A stretch of 64,000 bases of DNA from NCBI GenBank assembly GCA_964595865.1, contig CAZQRL010000007.1:1853-65852 (forward strand), in the 5' to 3' direction. The translations under genes were made by a program, and so were the position numbers. Numbering within the stretch: the stretch's first letter is position 1; each line of letters opens with the position of its first letter. Below, in pieces: positions 38,004 to 46,545 of the stretch. The notes under the pieces were generated by a model. That model had not been told where the DNA came from. It made no database searches and worked only from the letters and a program-made list of their open reading frames with translations. This DNA comes from an uncultured Chthoniobacteraceae bacterium. GTDB taxonomy: Bacteria; Verrucomicrobiota; Verrucomicrobiia; Chthoniobacterales; DYNR01.

Positions 38004-38759
38004 TCAGCGGATCCCCCAAACGGCCTTGAATTGCCGACGGAAGGCCGAGGCTCTGCGACGGGAGACGAGGAATTTCGCTCCGTTGCGCAGCTCGGTTTCC
38101 AGGCAGCCATTCGCCAAGGGCCGGAAGGCCGCCACTTTTTTCAGATTCAGCAAATGGGATTTGCCCACTCGGATGAACTGCTCCGGAGCCAGCGCGTTTT
38201 CAAAAAACTTCAAGGAACGCGACACCGTCCCTTTGCCTTTCTCGCTATCCACCAGGCAGGAGTTGCCCAAGCTGGTGATGGAAAGAATTTCCTGAATCCC
38301 GACGGGCAAGACTTTCTTGCCCATGGTGAGTGGGATGGCGTCGGTCTGGCGGCGGAGCGGGTGGAGAGCATCGGGCCAATGGCGGCGCAGCAGCGGGAGT
38401 TTGCGCAGCAGGAGCTGCAGATTTGCGAAGTCGGTTGGGAGAGAGGAAGGCGTGGTGCCGTTGGTGAAAGCGACGGGTTCTTCTGCCTCGGAGGTCTTGT
38501 CGAGATCCAGCTCGATGATTTCCACGGAGAAACCCTCCAAGGCCTGTCGCACTGCGGGATCAGCAGAAAAGTCCCGGCAGAGTAAAACCAAGTGCATCGG
38601 ATGGCGCAAGTCAGCCATCTCCTGCAGTTCCCCCACCGCCCCACACTCATAGACCCGCACTCGGCAGAGTAAGTTATGTAATGAATCCCGCAAAGCCTGA
38701 CGCCGAAGCGCTCCCCGAACGAGCAAAACAATATGATAACTCGGCGTCCCCTGGACCAT
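38004..38759 (-). CDS. LytTR-family DNA-binding regulator with a degenerate receiver-like N-terminal domain
   Basis: C-terminal LytTR: ILSITSLGNSCLVDSEKGKGTVSRSLKFFENALAPEQFIRVGKSHLLNLKKV. The N-terminal beta1 region IVLLVRGAL lacks the acidic pair. Confidence 0.7.
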   Translation of the reverse strand: MVQGTPSYHIVLLVRGALRRQALRDSLHNLLCRVRVYECGAVGELQEMADLRHPMHLVLLCRDFSADPAVRQALEGFSVEIIELDLDKTSEAEEPVAFTNGTTPSSLPTDFANLQLLLRKLPLLRRHWPDALHPLRRQTDAIPLTMGKKVLPVGIQEILSITSLGNSCLVDSEKGKGTVSRSLKFFENALAPEQFIRVGKSHLLNLKKVAAFRPLANGCLETELRNGAKFLVSRRRASAFRRQFKAVWGIR

Positions 38760-38808
38760 CGAGCGGTCCTGATAAATTAGAAAGCGCGGATTGCCAAATT
38801 ACAAATGT

Positions 38809-40551
38809 TCAACGGCGCTTTTTTTGTGCAAAACGGTGCTTAAATGGGGGGTAGCGCCTTTCTGCAAAAGATTTTTTGCCGCGTGCCCGGAGAGATTCCT
38901 CCCGGTGGGGGGGCGAGCCTTTGAGGACGGTGATACGCAAGGTTCCCCAAGGGCCGGCTGCTTGGAGTCCTTGCGCCGGTAGGGGATTCGGCAGGGCGTC
39001 TTTTAACTCAATGAGAGACTCGGAACTTTGCAGAAGAATGGTGCCCACCGCTCGGGGAGACAGCTCCAGGAGATCCTGCAAAAAAGCCAGGATCTGCGGC
39101 GGGCGCAATCCGTGGGCTTTCCCGGCGCTGAGCTTCAGCCACAGTGGTGGAGCTACTTTGGCGGGTGCTTGCTGGTAAACCGGGGATGTTTGGGGCTTTG
39201 GGGCAACGGCCGCGGAGGATTTTTCCGCAATAGCGGGGGCTTGGGAGGAGGGGAGGCGTGCCTCGGGCGGTGCCAGCAAGGCGAGAGCGGCGGCGGCGAT
39301 GTCGGTGGAGTTGAAGTCTTCCTCCAGCAAACGATCGAGCAGGAGCTGCCCGGAGGCACTGTTGCCGCTGGTAATTTGCTCCCGGACCCGTTGCAGCAAT
39401 AGATCGGCTTTTCTTTCCTCAATTTCCCCCACCGTCGGTAGAGCCCCGCGGCGAATTTTTAATTTCGTGAAGCGCTCGATGGTCTGGAGTTTGTAGATTT
39501 CCCTCCCATGCACGAAGCTGATGGCGACTCCGCGCCGCCCGGCGCGGCCGGTGCGACCAATCCGATGCACGTAGTCCTCGGCATCGTAAGGCAGATCAAA
39601 ATTCACCACCACCTCCAGGTCGTCCACATCTAGGCCACGCCCGGCGACATCCGTGGCCACTAGAAATTCAAACTCCGCCTTCTTGAACTTATTCATCACC
39701 CGGGTCCGCTGTGCCTGTGCGATCCCGCCATGCAGGCGGTCGGCGGAGACTCCTTGGGCCTGCAAGTGATCCGCCAACTCATCCACCATGCGCTGGGTGT
39801 TGCAAAAAATGATCCCCAGCCGATAGTTGTGATAGTCTATGAGCCGCAGGAGCGCGGCAAATTTTCCCCGGGGAGGCACTTCATAGACCCATTGCTCGAC
39901 CGTGGGCACGGTGAGCTCCTTTTGTTCGATTTTCAGGGTCTCGGCATTGCGGGAGTGGTGTTGAACCAGGGAACGGATGGCCGGGGAAAGGGTGGCGGAA
40001 AAAAAGACCGTCTGGCGCTCCGGCGGGGCCGCTTCGAGGACTTTGGCGATGTCTTCCCGGAATCCCATATCCAACATGCGGTCGGCTTCATCCAAAACCA
40101 CGAGTCGCAAATCGAGCAGCTTCAGCGTGCCGCGCTCCAAGTGGTCCAGAATGCGCCCCGGCGTGCCAATGACGATCTGAACCCCTCGCCGCAACTCGTG
40201 AAATTGCCGCTCATAAGAAGCTCCCCCATAGAGGGGCACGGCCCCGACCCCGGACTTGTAGGCCGCCAGCTTGTGTACCTCGTCGGCCACTTGGCAGGCC
40301 AGTTCCCGCGTGGGGCACAAAATTAATACCTGCACGGCGCGCAATCCCGGATCCACGCGCTCGATCGCCGGAATGGCAAACGCGGCCGTCTTGCCAGAAC
40401 CCGTTTGGGACTGGCCAAAGATATCTTTGCCCGCGAGCAGCGCGGGAATGGCCAGAGCTTGGATCGGGGAAGCCTGCTCGAATCCCAGATCCGCCACGGC
40501 CCTTAAAATCTCGGGGCTTAGCCCCAGATCGCTGAAATTTGGTTTTTCCAT
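38809..40551 (-). CDS. deaD: DEAD-box ATP-dependent RNA helicase (DeaD/CsdA-like)
   Basis: GQSQTGSGKTAAF, VVLDEADRML, FFSATL, HRIGRTGRAGRRG. C-terminal extension typical of DeaD. Confidence 0.9.
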   Translation of the reverse strand: MEKPNFSDLGLSPEILRAVADLGFEQASPIQALAIPALLAGKDIFGQSQTGSGKTAAFAIPAIERVDPGLRAVQVLILCPTRELACQVADEVHKLAAYKSGVGAVPLYGGASYERQFHELRRGVQIVIGTPGRILDHLERGTLKLLDLRLVVLDEADRMLDMGFREDIAKVLEAAPPERQTVFFSATLSPAIRSLVQHHSRNAETLKIEQKELTVPTVEQWVYEVPPRGKFAALLRLIDYHNYRLGIIFCNTQRMVDELADHLQAQGVSADRLHGGIAQAQRTRVMNKFKKAEFEFLVATDVAGRGLDVDDLEVVVNFDLPYDAEDYVHRIGRTGRAGRRGVAISFVHGREIYKLQTIERFTKLKIRRGALPTVGEIEERKADLLLQRVREQITSGNSASGQLLLDRLLEEDFNSTDIAAAALALLAPPEARLPSSQAPAIAEKSSAAVAPKPQTSPVYQQAPAKVAPPLWLKLSAGKAHGLRPPQILAFLQDLLELSPRAVGTILLQSSESLIELKDALPNPLPAQGLQAAGPWGTLRITVLKGSPPHREESLRARGKKSFAERRYPPFKHRFAQKKRR

Positions 40552-40659
40552 CGCCGCACCCTACGGGCAGAACCCCAAAAGCCAACAACTATTCCGCCGG
40601 AAAAAAATCCTCCTTGCATAAAAAGGGACTTCTTGATCTTTTTCTCTGCCTTGCATCTG

Positions 40660-41970
40660 GTGAAAAAACATCTTTTTTCCGTCTGGTTGGTCTGTGCCAT
40701 GGGGGTGGGGTGGAGTCTCGCGCGGGGAGAGGAGGCTCCGCCGACTGAGGCCGGGGAGCAGGGGCTCCTGGCAAGCTGGTGGGAAGCTCCGCGGGCTTTG
40801 CCTCGCTGGGAGCTGGCGGAGCAACATGGGGTGGAGGTGCGCGGATTTTATCGCGGCACGCTGTATGGGATTCTCAGCGGGGGCGTCCGGCGCGGAACCA
40901 TTCTCGATGAGGAAGTGCGCTTGGGGCTGAATTTGGATTTGGCCAAACTCGTCGGCTGGGATGGGTGGCGGCTCACGGGCTCCGTGCGGTGGCGGGATGG
41001 GGCTAACCCCTCGGATTACGTCGGCACCTTTAGCCCGTTTTCTCCCTCGCCGTGGCAAAGTGGCAAAGGCTGGCGTCTGATGCCTTTTTACGCCTCCTGG
41101 CAGAGCGAGACTGGGAGTATCCTCCTGCGCGGCGGCTATATCAATCCGTATGAGTTTTTCCTGCAAATGCCCCTGACAACCGCTTTTGTAAACAGTGCCT
41201 TTAGCGCCTCGAAAGGTATCAGTGGAGCTGGGGTTCCGTGGTCGAGCAGCTACGCGTCGTGGGGGGGATTTGTGCAGGTGCGCCCTACGAAGCACTGGTG
41301 GGTGCGGGCTTCGCTGTCGGCGGCGATTCCCGGGCAAGCAGCCACCGCCAATCATGGGCTAAACTTTGCCCTTACCCCGTCGTCGGGGCTTTATGCGGTA
41401 GCGGAAACAGAATGGACCCTACCCATTTGGCGGGACAGCGCCGGGGTTATCCTTCCGGGACGTGTGGGCGCCGGAGGCTATCTCTTCGGTGTGGAGCGGT
41501 ATTCTTTTGATGCCTCCGGGGCATCCTCTCCCTGGGGAGGTTACTTTTTTGCCGAGCAGATGCTCTGGCGACCCCGGGAGGACGTGCGGGAGGTTCCGCC
41601 CGATAAGCTGCCTTCCACGCGGGGTCTGCATGGCTTTTTCATGTTTAATGCCTCGCCGCCGGACTTCGCCAATCTGCCGATTTTCTTCAACACTGGGCTG
41701 GTCTATGAGGGGCTCCTGCCGGGTCGGGGGCGGGATTTGCTCGCGGTGGGGTTTGCCTGGGGCGAATACAGTTGGGAGTCGGCGAAGGTGCAGCGTCTGC
41801 TGGGACGGCGTCCGGAGTCCTACGAAGCAGTGCTGGAGGCGGACTATCGGGTGGCTCTCGCGAAATGGGGCTACGTGCAGCCATTTTGCCAGTTTATCCT
41901 CAACCCCTCCGGCCTGGGCACGATCCCAAATTGCTTCCTCATCGGACTGAACTTCCGCGCCGAGCTCTGA
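40660..41970 (+). CDS. carbohydrate-selective porin (OprB family); GTG start giving a signal peptide
   Basis: VKKHLFSVWLVCAMGVGWSLARG/EEAPP signal. Beta-barrel-like alternating pattern ending in ...IGLNFRAEL with a terminal aromatic/aliphatic residue. Confidence 0.65.
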   Translation: MKKHLFSVWLVCAMGVGWSLARGEEAPPTEAGEQGLLASWWEAPRALPRWELAEQHGVEVRGFYRGTLYGILSGGVRRGTILDEEVRLGLNLDLAKLVGWDGWRLTGSVRWRDGANPSDYVGTFSPFSPSPWQSGKGWRLMPFYASWQSETGSILLRGGYINPYEFFLQMPLTTAFVNSAFSASKGISGAGVPWSSSYASWGGFVQVRPTKHWWVRASLSAAIPGQAATANHGLNFALTPSSGLYAVAETEWTLPIWRDSAGVILPGRVGAGGYLFGVERYSFDASGASSPWGGYFFAEQMLWRPREDVREVPPDKLPSTRGLHGFFMFNASPPDFANLPIFFNTGLVYEGLLPGRGRDLLAVGFAWGEYSWESAKVQRLLGRRPESYEAVLEADYRVALAKWGYVQPFCQFILNPSGLGTIPNCFLIGLNFRAEL

Positions 41971-42024
41971 TGCCGGGAGAAATCCCTTGACGCCCGCCTT
42001 GGCCGAAAGGATGGATGACACCCC

Positions 42025-43125
42025 ATGCACCCGCTGCTGCGCAAATTTCTCGGGCTAAACTGGCCGCTCTTCTTGCTCATGGTCGGCTTGGCGGCAGGCG
42101 GGGTTTATATGATCTACAGCGCGACGTGGTTTCGCGATGATGGTTTCTGGCGCAATCAAATCGTTTGGTTCGCCATCGGCCTGCCGTTGTTCTTTGTCGT
42201 CAGTCTGCTGGATTACCGCTGGTTGAAGCTGGCGGCGGTGCCGATTTACATCGTGTCGGTGCTTCTCTTGGTCGCAGTGCGGCTGGTCGGCACGGAGCGC
42301 TATGGCAGTGAACGCTGGCTGGTCCTGGGCCCCTTGACCCTACAACCCTCGCAAGTCGCCCTCCTGGCCGGCATCCTCACCCTTTCTCTCTTTCTCAGCC
42401 AATACCGCCAATGGCCGGCGATCCTGCGCGTCCTAGGAGCTGGGGTGATCGCGGGTGCCCCTTGCATGCTGATCCTCACTCAGCCGGACCTGGGAACCAC
42501 TTTGGTCTGGGGGCCGGTGATCCTAACCCTGTTCTTCATCGCCGGGATTCCCAAGCGCTATCTGGCAGTAATGCTCCTCCTGGTGGTCATCGCTGTGCCT
42601 TTGATGGTCAACTTTGGTCTCAAACCCTACCAGCGCGACCGCATTATCGCCTTTCTCGACCATGATATTGATCCGCTCGGGGTGAGCTGGACCATCAATC
42701 AATCGCTCATCGCCATCGGCAGCGGAGGCATGACGGGCAAGGGCTTCAAAGCCCCGAACACGCAGAATGAGCTCGGCTTCCTACCGAGCACGATCGTGCA
42801 CAATGACTTTATCTTCTCGGTGCTTGGGGAGCAGCACGGCTTCCTGGGCGGGCTGCTGTTGTTGATTCTCTTTGCCTTGGTTCTCTTGCTCGGTCTGCAA
42901 ATCGCCTTCACCGCCGAGGATGAGTTTGGCCGCCTTCTGGCGGCGGGGATCGTGGCCATGGTCTTCACCCATGTCTTTATGAACGTCGGGATGACTATTT
43001 CCGTGACGCCGATTACTGGATTGCCCCTGCCTTTTATTAGCTACGGGGGAACCTTTCTCATCGTGGTAATGGTGGCCTTTGGCATCCTACAGAGCATCTG
43101 GGTGCATCGGCACACGGCGGCCTGA
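42025..43125 (+). CDS. rodA: SEDS-family peptidoglycan polymerase RodA/FtsW
   Basis: LQPSQVALLAGILTLSLFL, QPDLGTTLV, IGSGGMTGKGF, TDFIFSV-like NDFIFSVLGEQHGFLG, PITGLPLPFISYGGT. Confidence 0.85.
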   Translation: MHPLLRKFLGLNWPLFLLMVGLAAGGVYMIYSATWFRDDGFWRNQIVWFAIGLPLFFVVSLLDYRWLKLAAVPIYIVSVLLLVAVRLVGTERYGSERWLVLGPLTLQPSQVALLAGILTLSLFLSQYRQWPAILRVLGAGVIAGAPCMLILTQPDLGTTLVWGPVILTLFFIAGIPKRYLAVMLLLVVIAVPLMVNFGLKPYQRDRIIAFLDHDIDPLGVSWTINQSLIAIGSGGMTGKGFKAPNTQNELGFLPSTIVHNDFIFSVLGEQHGFLGGLLLLILFALVLLLGLQIAFTAEDEFGRLLAAGIVAMVFTHVFMNVGMTISVTPITGLPLPFISYGGTFLIVVMVAFGILQSIWVHRHTAA

Positions 43126-43126
43126 G

Positions 43127-43900
43127 ATGGAGAAGCTGCAGCTCGCGGATTTGCGTTCTCGCCACGACTTGGTGGCTTTAACGGCGTATTCTTATCCCTT
43201 CGCCCGTTTGCTGGACGAGGCCGGGGTGGATCTGCTCTTGGTCGGGGACAGCCTCGGCATGGTGGAACATGGGCGCGAGGATACGGTCTCGGTGACTCTA
43301 GAGGAGATGGTTTTCCATGTCCGCAGCGTAGCTCGGGGGGTGCGTCGGGCGGTTCTGGTGGCGGATTTGCCCTTTGGCACTTACCGCGGGCCGGAGGAGG
43401 CGCTCCAATCGGCGGAAGCCCTGCGAGCCGTCGGGGCTGAGGTCATAAAACTGGAGGGTGGGGAAGAGATTCTGCCTCAAGTGCTGGCTTTGCGCGGGGC
43501 TGGGTTCGAGGTCATCGGGCATCTGGGCATGCTGCCGCAGCGGATTCGCGAGGAAGGTCGCTACCGCATCAAAGGCCGGGTGGCTGAAGAGGCCGATCGG
43601 CTTCTGGCCGATGCCGTCCTGCTCCAGGAGGCAGGAGTGGGGGCGATCGTTCTGGAGCTTGTCCACCCACCCGTGGCGGCACGTCTGACGGATGCTCTCC
43701 AAGTGCCGACCATCGGGATTGGCAGTGGGAAGGTCTGCCGGGGACAAATACTCGTGACTTACGACCTCATCGGGCTCACGCCTTGGTTCCGCCCCGGCTT
43801 CGTCCAGCCCCGGGCGGAAATCGGTGCCACCATTCAGGAAGCTGTGCGCGCTTTTCAACGGGATGTCCAGCAGCGAGCGGCGGCCCGGCGGTCGGCCTGA
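43127..43900 (+). CDS. panB: 3-methyl-2-oxobutanoate hydroxymethyltransferase
   Basis: LVALTAYSYPFARLLDEAGVDLLLVGDSLGMV, VADLPFGTY, IKLEGG, GHLGMLPQ, PTIGIGSG..CRGQILV. Confidence 0.85.
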   Translation: MEKLQLADLRSRHDLVALTAYSYPFARLLDEAGVDLLLVGDSLGMVEHGREDTVSVTLEEMVFHVRSVARGVRRAVLVADLPFGTYRGPEEALQSAEALRAVGAEVIKLEGGEEILPQVLALRGAGFEVIGHLGMLPQRIREEGRYRIKGRVAEEADRLLADAVLLQEAGVGAIVLELVHPPVAARLTDALQVPTIGIGSGKVCRGQILVTYDLIGLTPWFRPGFVQPRAEIGATIQEAVRAFQRDVQQRAAARRSA

Positions 43901-43942
43901 AATCACCGACATCCCGCCTTAAACTCCCGACGTATCTGTGGT

Positions 43943-44557
43943 ATGACCCAAAGTCCGGAAAGTTTGCTGCAAGTGCCTGAGGAAATCGCCGTGATGGTGC
44001 TGCCGGGCGTGCAACTTTTCCCCGGGAGCCTGGTACCACTCTACATCTTCGAAGAGCGTTACCGGGCGATGCTGGAGGATGCCCTGCTCAGCTATCGGCT
44101 CTTTGCCGTCGGGGCCCGCCGGGAGGATGAGAAGGAAATCGGCGGGCTGGGGATCGTCCGGGCCTGCGTGCGCAATGACGACGGCACTTCCCACCTCATC
44201 CTGCAAGGTCTGCAGCGGGTGCGTTTCCGGCGCTGGCACGACCGGCAACTCTACCCCTCTGCGTTCATAGAAGTTGTCAGCTCGATCACTCAACCAGAAG
44301 ATGCCGTGCGCCGCGAGCGGGTGGTTAGTCTCTGCTGGAAGTTGCGCGAGCACGGGGTCGTTTTCCCGGAGGCCTTCGCCCGCCAATTGCAGGCCCTGCA
44401 GGACCCGGCTTTGCTGAGTGATGTGCTGGCGGCGGCGTTGGTTCAGGACGAATCCCTGCGGCGCCAACTCCTGGAGGAACTCAAAGTTTCCCGCCGGCTT
44501 ACCTTGCTCGAGAAATACCTTCGGGCCTGGACCAATGAAGCTCCGCCTCCGGCCTAG
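43943..44557 (+). CDS. LON N-terminal substrate-binding domain protein
   Basis: IAVMVLPGVQLFPGSLVPLYIFEERYRAMLEDAL...GTSHLILQGLQRVRF. Confidence 0.7.
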   Translation: MTQSPESLLQVPEEIAVMVLPGVQLFPGSLVPLYIFEERYRAMLEDALLSYRLFAVGARREDEKEIGGLGIVRACVRNDDGTSHLILQGLQRVRFRRWHDRQLYPSAFIEVVSSITQPEDAVRRERVVSLCWKLREHGVVFPEAFARQLQALQDPALLSDVLAAALVQDESLRRQLLEELKVSRRLTLLEKYLRAWTNEAPPPA

Positions 44558-44856
44558 CGATCCCGAAGCCCAAGTTTTTCACATTGTTACAGATTATTCA
44601 TTTTTCGCGACTTCATCCCTCCTTCATATTCAAATCGTGAAAAACTTGGCGTTTTTCCGTTCCACAAGCCAAAAATCAGCGTTCCACGGCCAGTTGGCCC
44701 TGTGAATTATTTCCCCTGCTCCGGGGTCCGACGGGAAAAAACCACCCCTTCCGCTCACTTGTTCAGACCAGCGGAAGTTTTCCCACAAGTTGTTCACAGA
44801 ATATTGACTCCCTGCCTGGCTTGCCAACTTCCTACACCAAGCGGTAAGGTGAGGGC

Positions 44857-46545
44857 ATGAAAAGCAGTTGGATTTTGCCGGGGGCAGACACCGGTGGAAT
44901 CCCTCACCTCCTGCCCGGCGGAAAAAGCCTGACTCCGCTGGCTCGCTGCCTTTTGCTTCGCGCCGGCTTTACCCGGGAACAGGAGATTGAGGGTTTTTTG
45001 TGGCCGAAACTGGCAAACTTGAGTGATCCGTTTCTTCTTCCGGAAATGGACCGTGCGGTGGAGCGCTTGGATCGTGCTTTGCGGCAGCGGGAGAAAATCC
45101 TTCTCTACGGGGATTACGACGTGGATGGGGTGACTTCCCTGACGATACTGGCCCGGCTTCTGCTCGCCTATGGCGGAGACGTGCAGTGTTTCCTCCCCAA
45201 ACGCACCGAGGAGGGCTATGGGCTGAGTGAGTCTGCGGTGGCGCGCTGTTTTGAGGGTGGTCACCCAGATCTGCTGGTGGCGGTGGATTGCGCGACGAAT
45301 TCCGTAGCCGACATTGCCCGCATCCGCCGCGCCGGGGTGGATGTCATCGTCATAGACCACCACGAATTTGCCGGCCAGCGACCGGATTGCACCGCGTTAG
45401 TGAATCCCAAATGCGGGGAGACCTTTCACTATCTGTGCAGCGCGGGATTGGCGTTCAAAGTGGCGCACGCGATGCTCAAGCGCAGTCCGCTGGAGGGGTT
45501 TGACCTGAAAGACTTCCTCGACTTGGTTGCCCTGGCCACGCTGACCGATTTGGTGCCGCTGGTGGAGGAGAATCGCATTCTCGTCAAACGCGGCCTGGCG
45601 CAAATGGAGCGCACCCGGTGGCCCGGCCTGGGGGCTCTCATCGGGCTGGCCTGCATCCGCCCGCCCATCCGCAGCAACGATGTCGGCTTTCGGCTCGGTC
45701 CGCGCATCAATGCTGCCGGACGCTTGGGCTCGGCCGAAACCGCTCTCGAGCTGCTTCTGACCAATGATGTTCGGGAAGCCACGCGTCTGGCCCAGCAACT
45801 CGATGCCCAAAATCGCGCACGGCAAAATGTCGAGCGCCAAGTCGCGGAGGAGGCCGAGGCCTGGGTCGAAGCCAACTTTGACCCGGCCGAGCATTGTTCG
45901 ATCGTGTGTGGACAGGATGACTGGCACGATGGCGTCCTTGGCATCGTGGCTTCGCGGGTGATGCGGCGGTATCATCGGCCGACATTGGTAGTAGGCTTCA
46001 ATGCCGATGGCTTGGGCAAAGGCAGTGGTCGGAGCATTCCGGGGCTTTCCTTGGTCGAGGCCTTGGGGCGCTGCGCGGGGCATTTGGATCAATTTGGTGG
46101 GCACGAAATGGCCGCCGGCCTGACCTTGCGCCGGGAGAACTTCGCTGGGTTGCAGCGCGACTTTGAGCTTGTCGCGCGGGAAATCCTTCGCGGCACCGAG
46201 CTTCACCGTAGCTTGCGCATAGATGCGGAGGTGGATTTGCGCGATGTGGATTTCCCTTTGCTTGAGGAGCAGGAATGGCTTGAACCCTATGGTATGGGCA
46301 ACGAACAACCGCTGCTGGTCGTGCGCGGAGTCACCCCCGGTTGGGAGCCGAGGGTGCTCAAAGGCAAACACCTCAAAATAGACTTCCTGGCCAATCGGCG
46401 GAAAATCAGCGCCATCTTTTTCGGGGGAGCCGAATACCCCATGCCTCGACCCCCGTGGGATGTCGCGTTCAAGCTCGATCGCAACGAGTTTCAAGGGCGT
46501 GTCGAACCCCAAATGCAGGTGGTGGCCCTGCGTTCTGCGGCTTGA
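44857..46545 (+). CDS. recJ: single-stranded-DNA-specific exonuclease RecJ
   Basis: DHH motifs ILLYGDYDVDGVTS, VDCATNS, VIVIDHHE, GGHEMAAGL. Confidence 0.9.
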   Translation: MKSSWILPGADTGGIPHLLPGGKSLTPLARCLLLRAGFTREQEIEGFLWPKLANLSDPFLLPEMDRAVERLDRALRQREKILLYGDYDVDGVTSLTILARLLLAYGGDVQCFLPKRTEEGYGLSESAVARCFEGGHPDLLVAVDCATNSVADIARIRRAGVDVIVIDHHEFAGQRPDCTALVNPKCGETFHYLCSAGLAFKVAHAMLKRSPLEGFDLKDFLDLVALATLTDLVPLVEENRILVKRGLAQMERTRWPGLGALIGLACIRPPIRSNDVGFRLGPRINAAGRLGSAETALELLLTNDVREATRLAQQLDAQNRARQNVERQVAEEAEAWVEANFDPAEHCSIVCGQDDWHDGVLGIVASRVMRRYHRPTLVVGFNADGLGKGSGRSIPGLSLVEALGRCAGHLDQFGGHEMAAGLTLRRENFAGLQRDFELVAREILRGTELHRSLRIDAEVDLRDVDFPLLEEQEWLEPYGMGNEQPLLVVRGVTPGWEPRVLKGKHLKIDFLANRRKISAIFFGGAEYPMPRPPWDVAFKLDRNEFQGRVEPQMQVVALRSAA

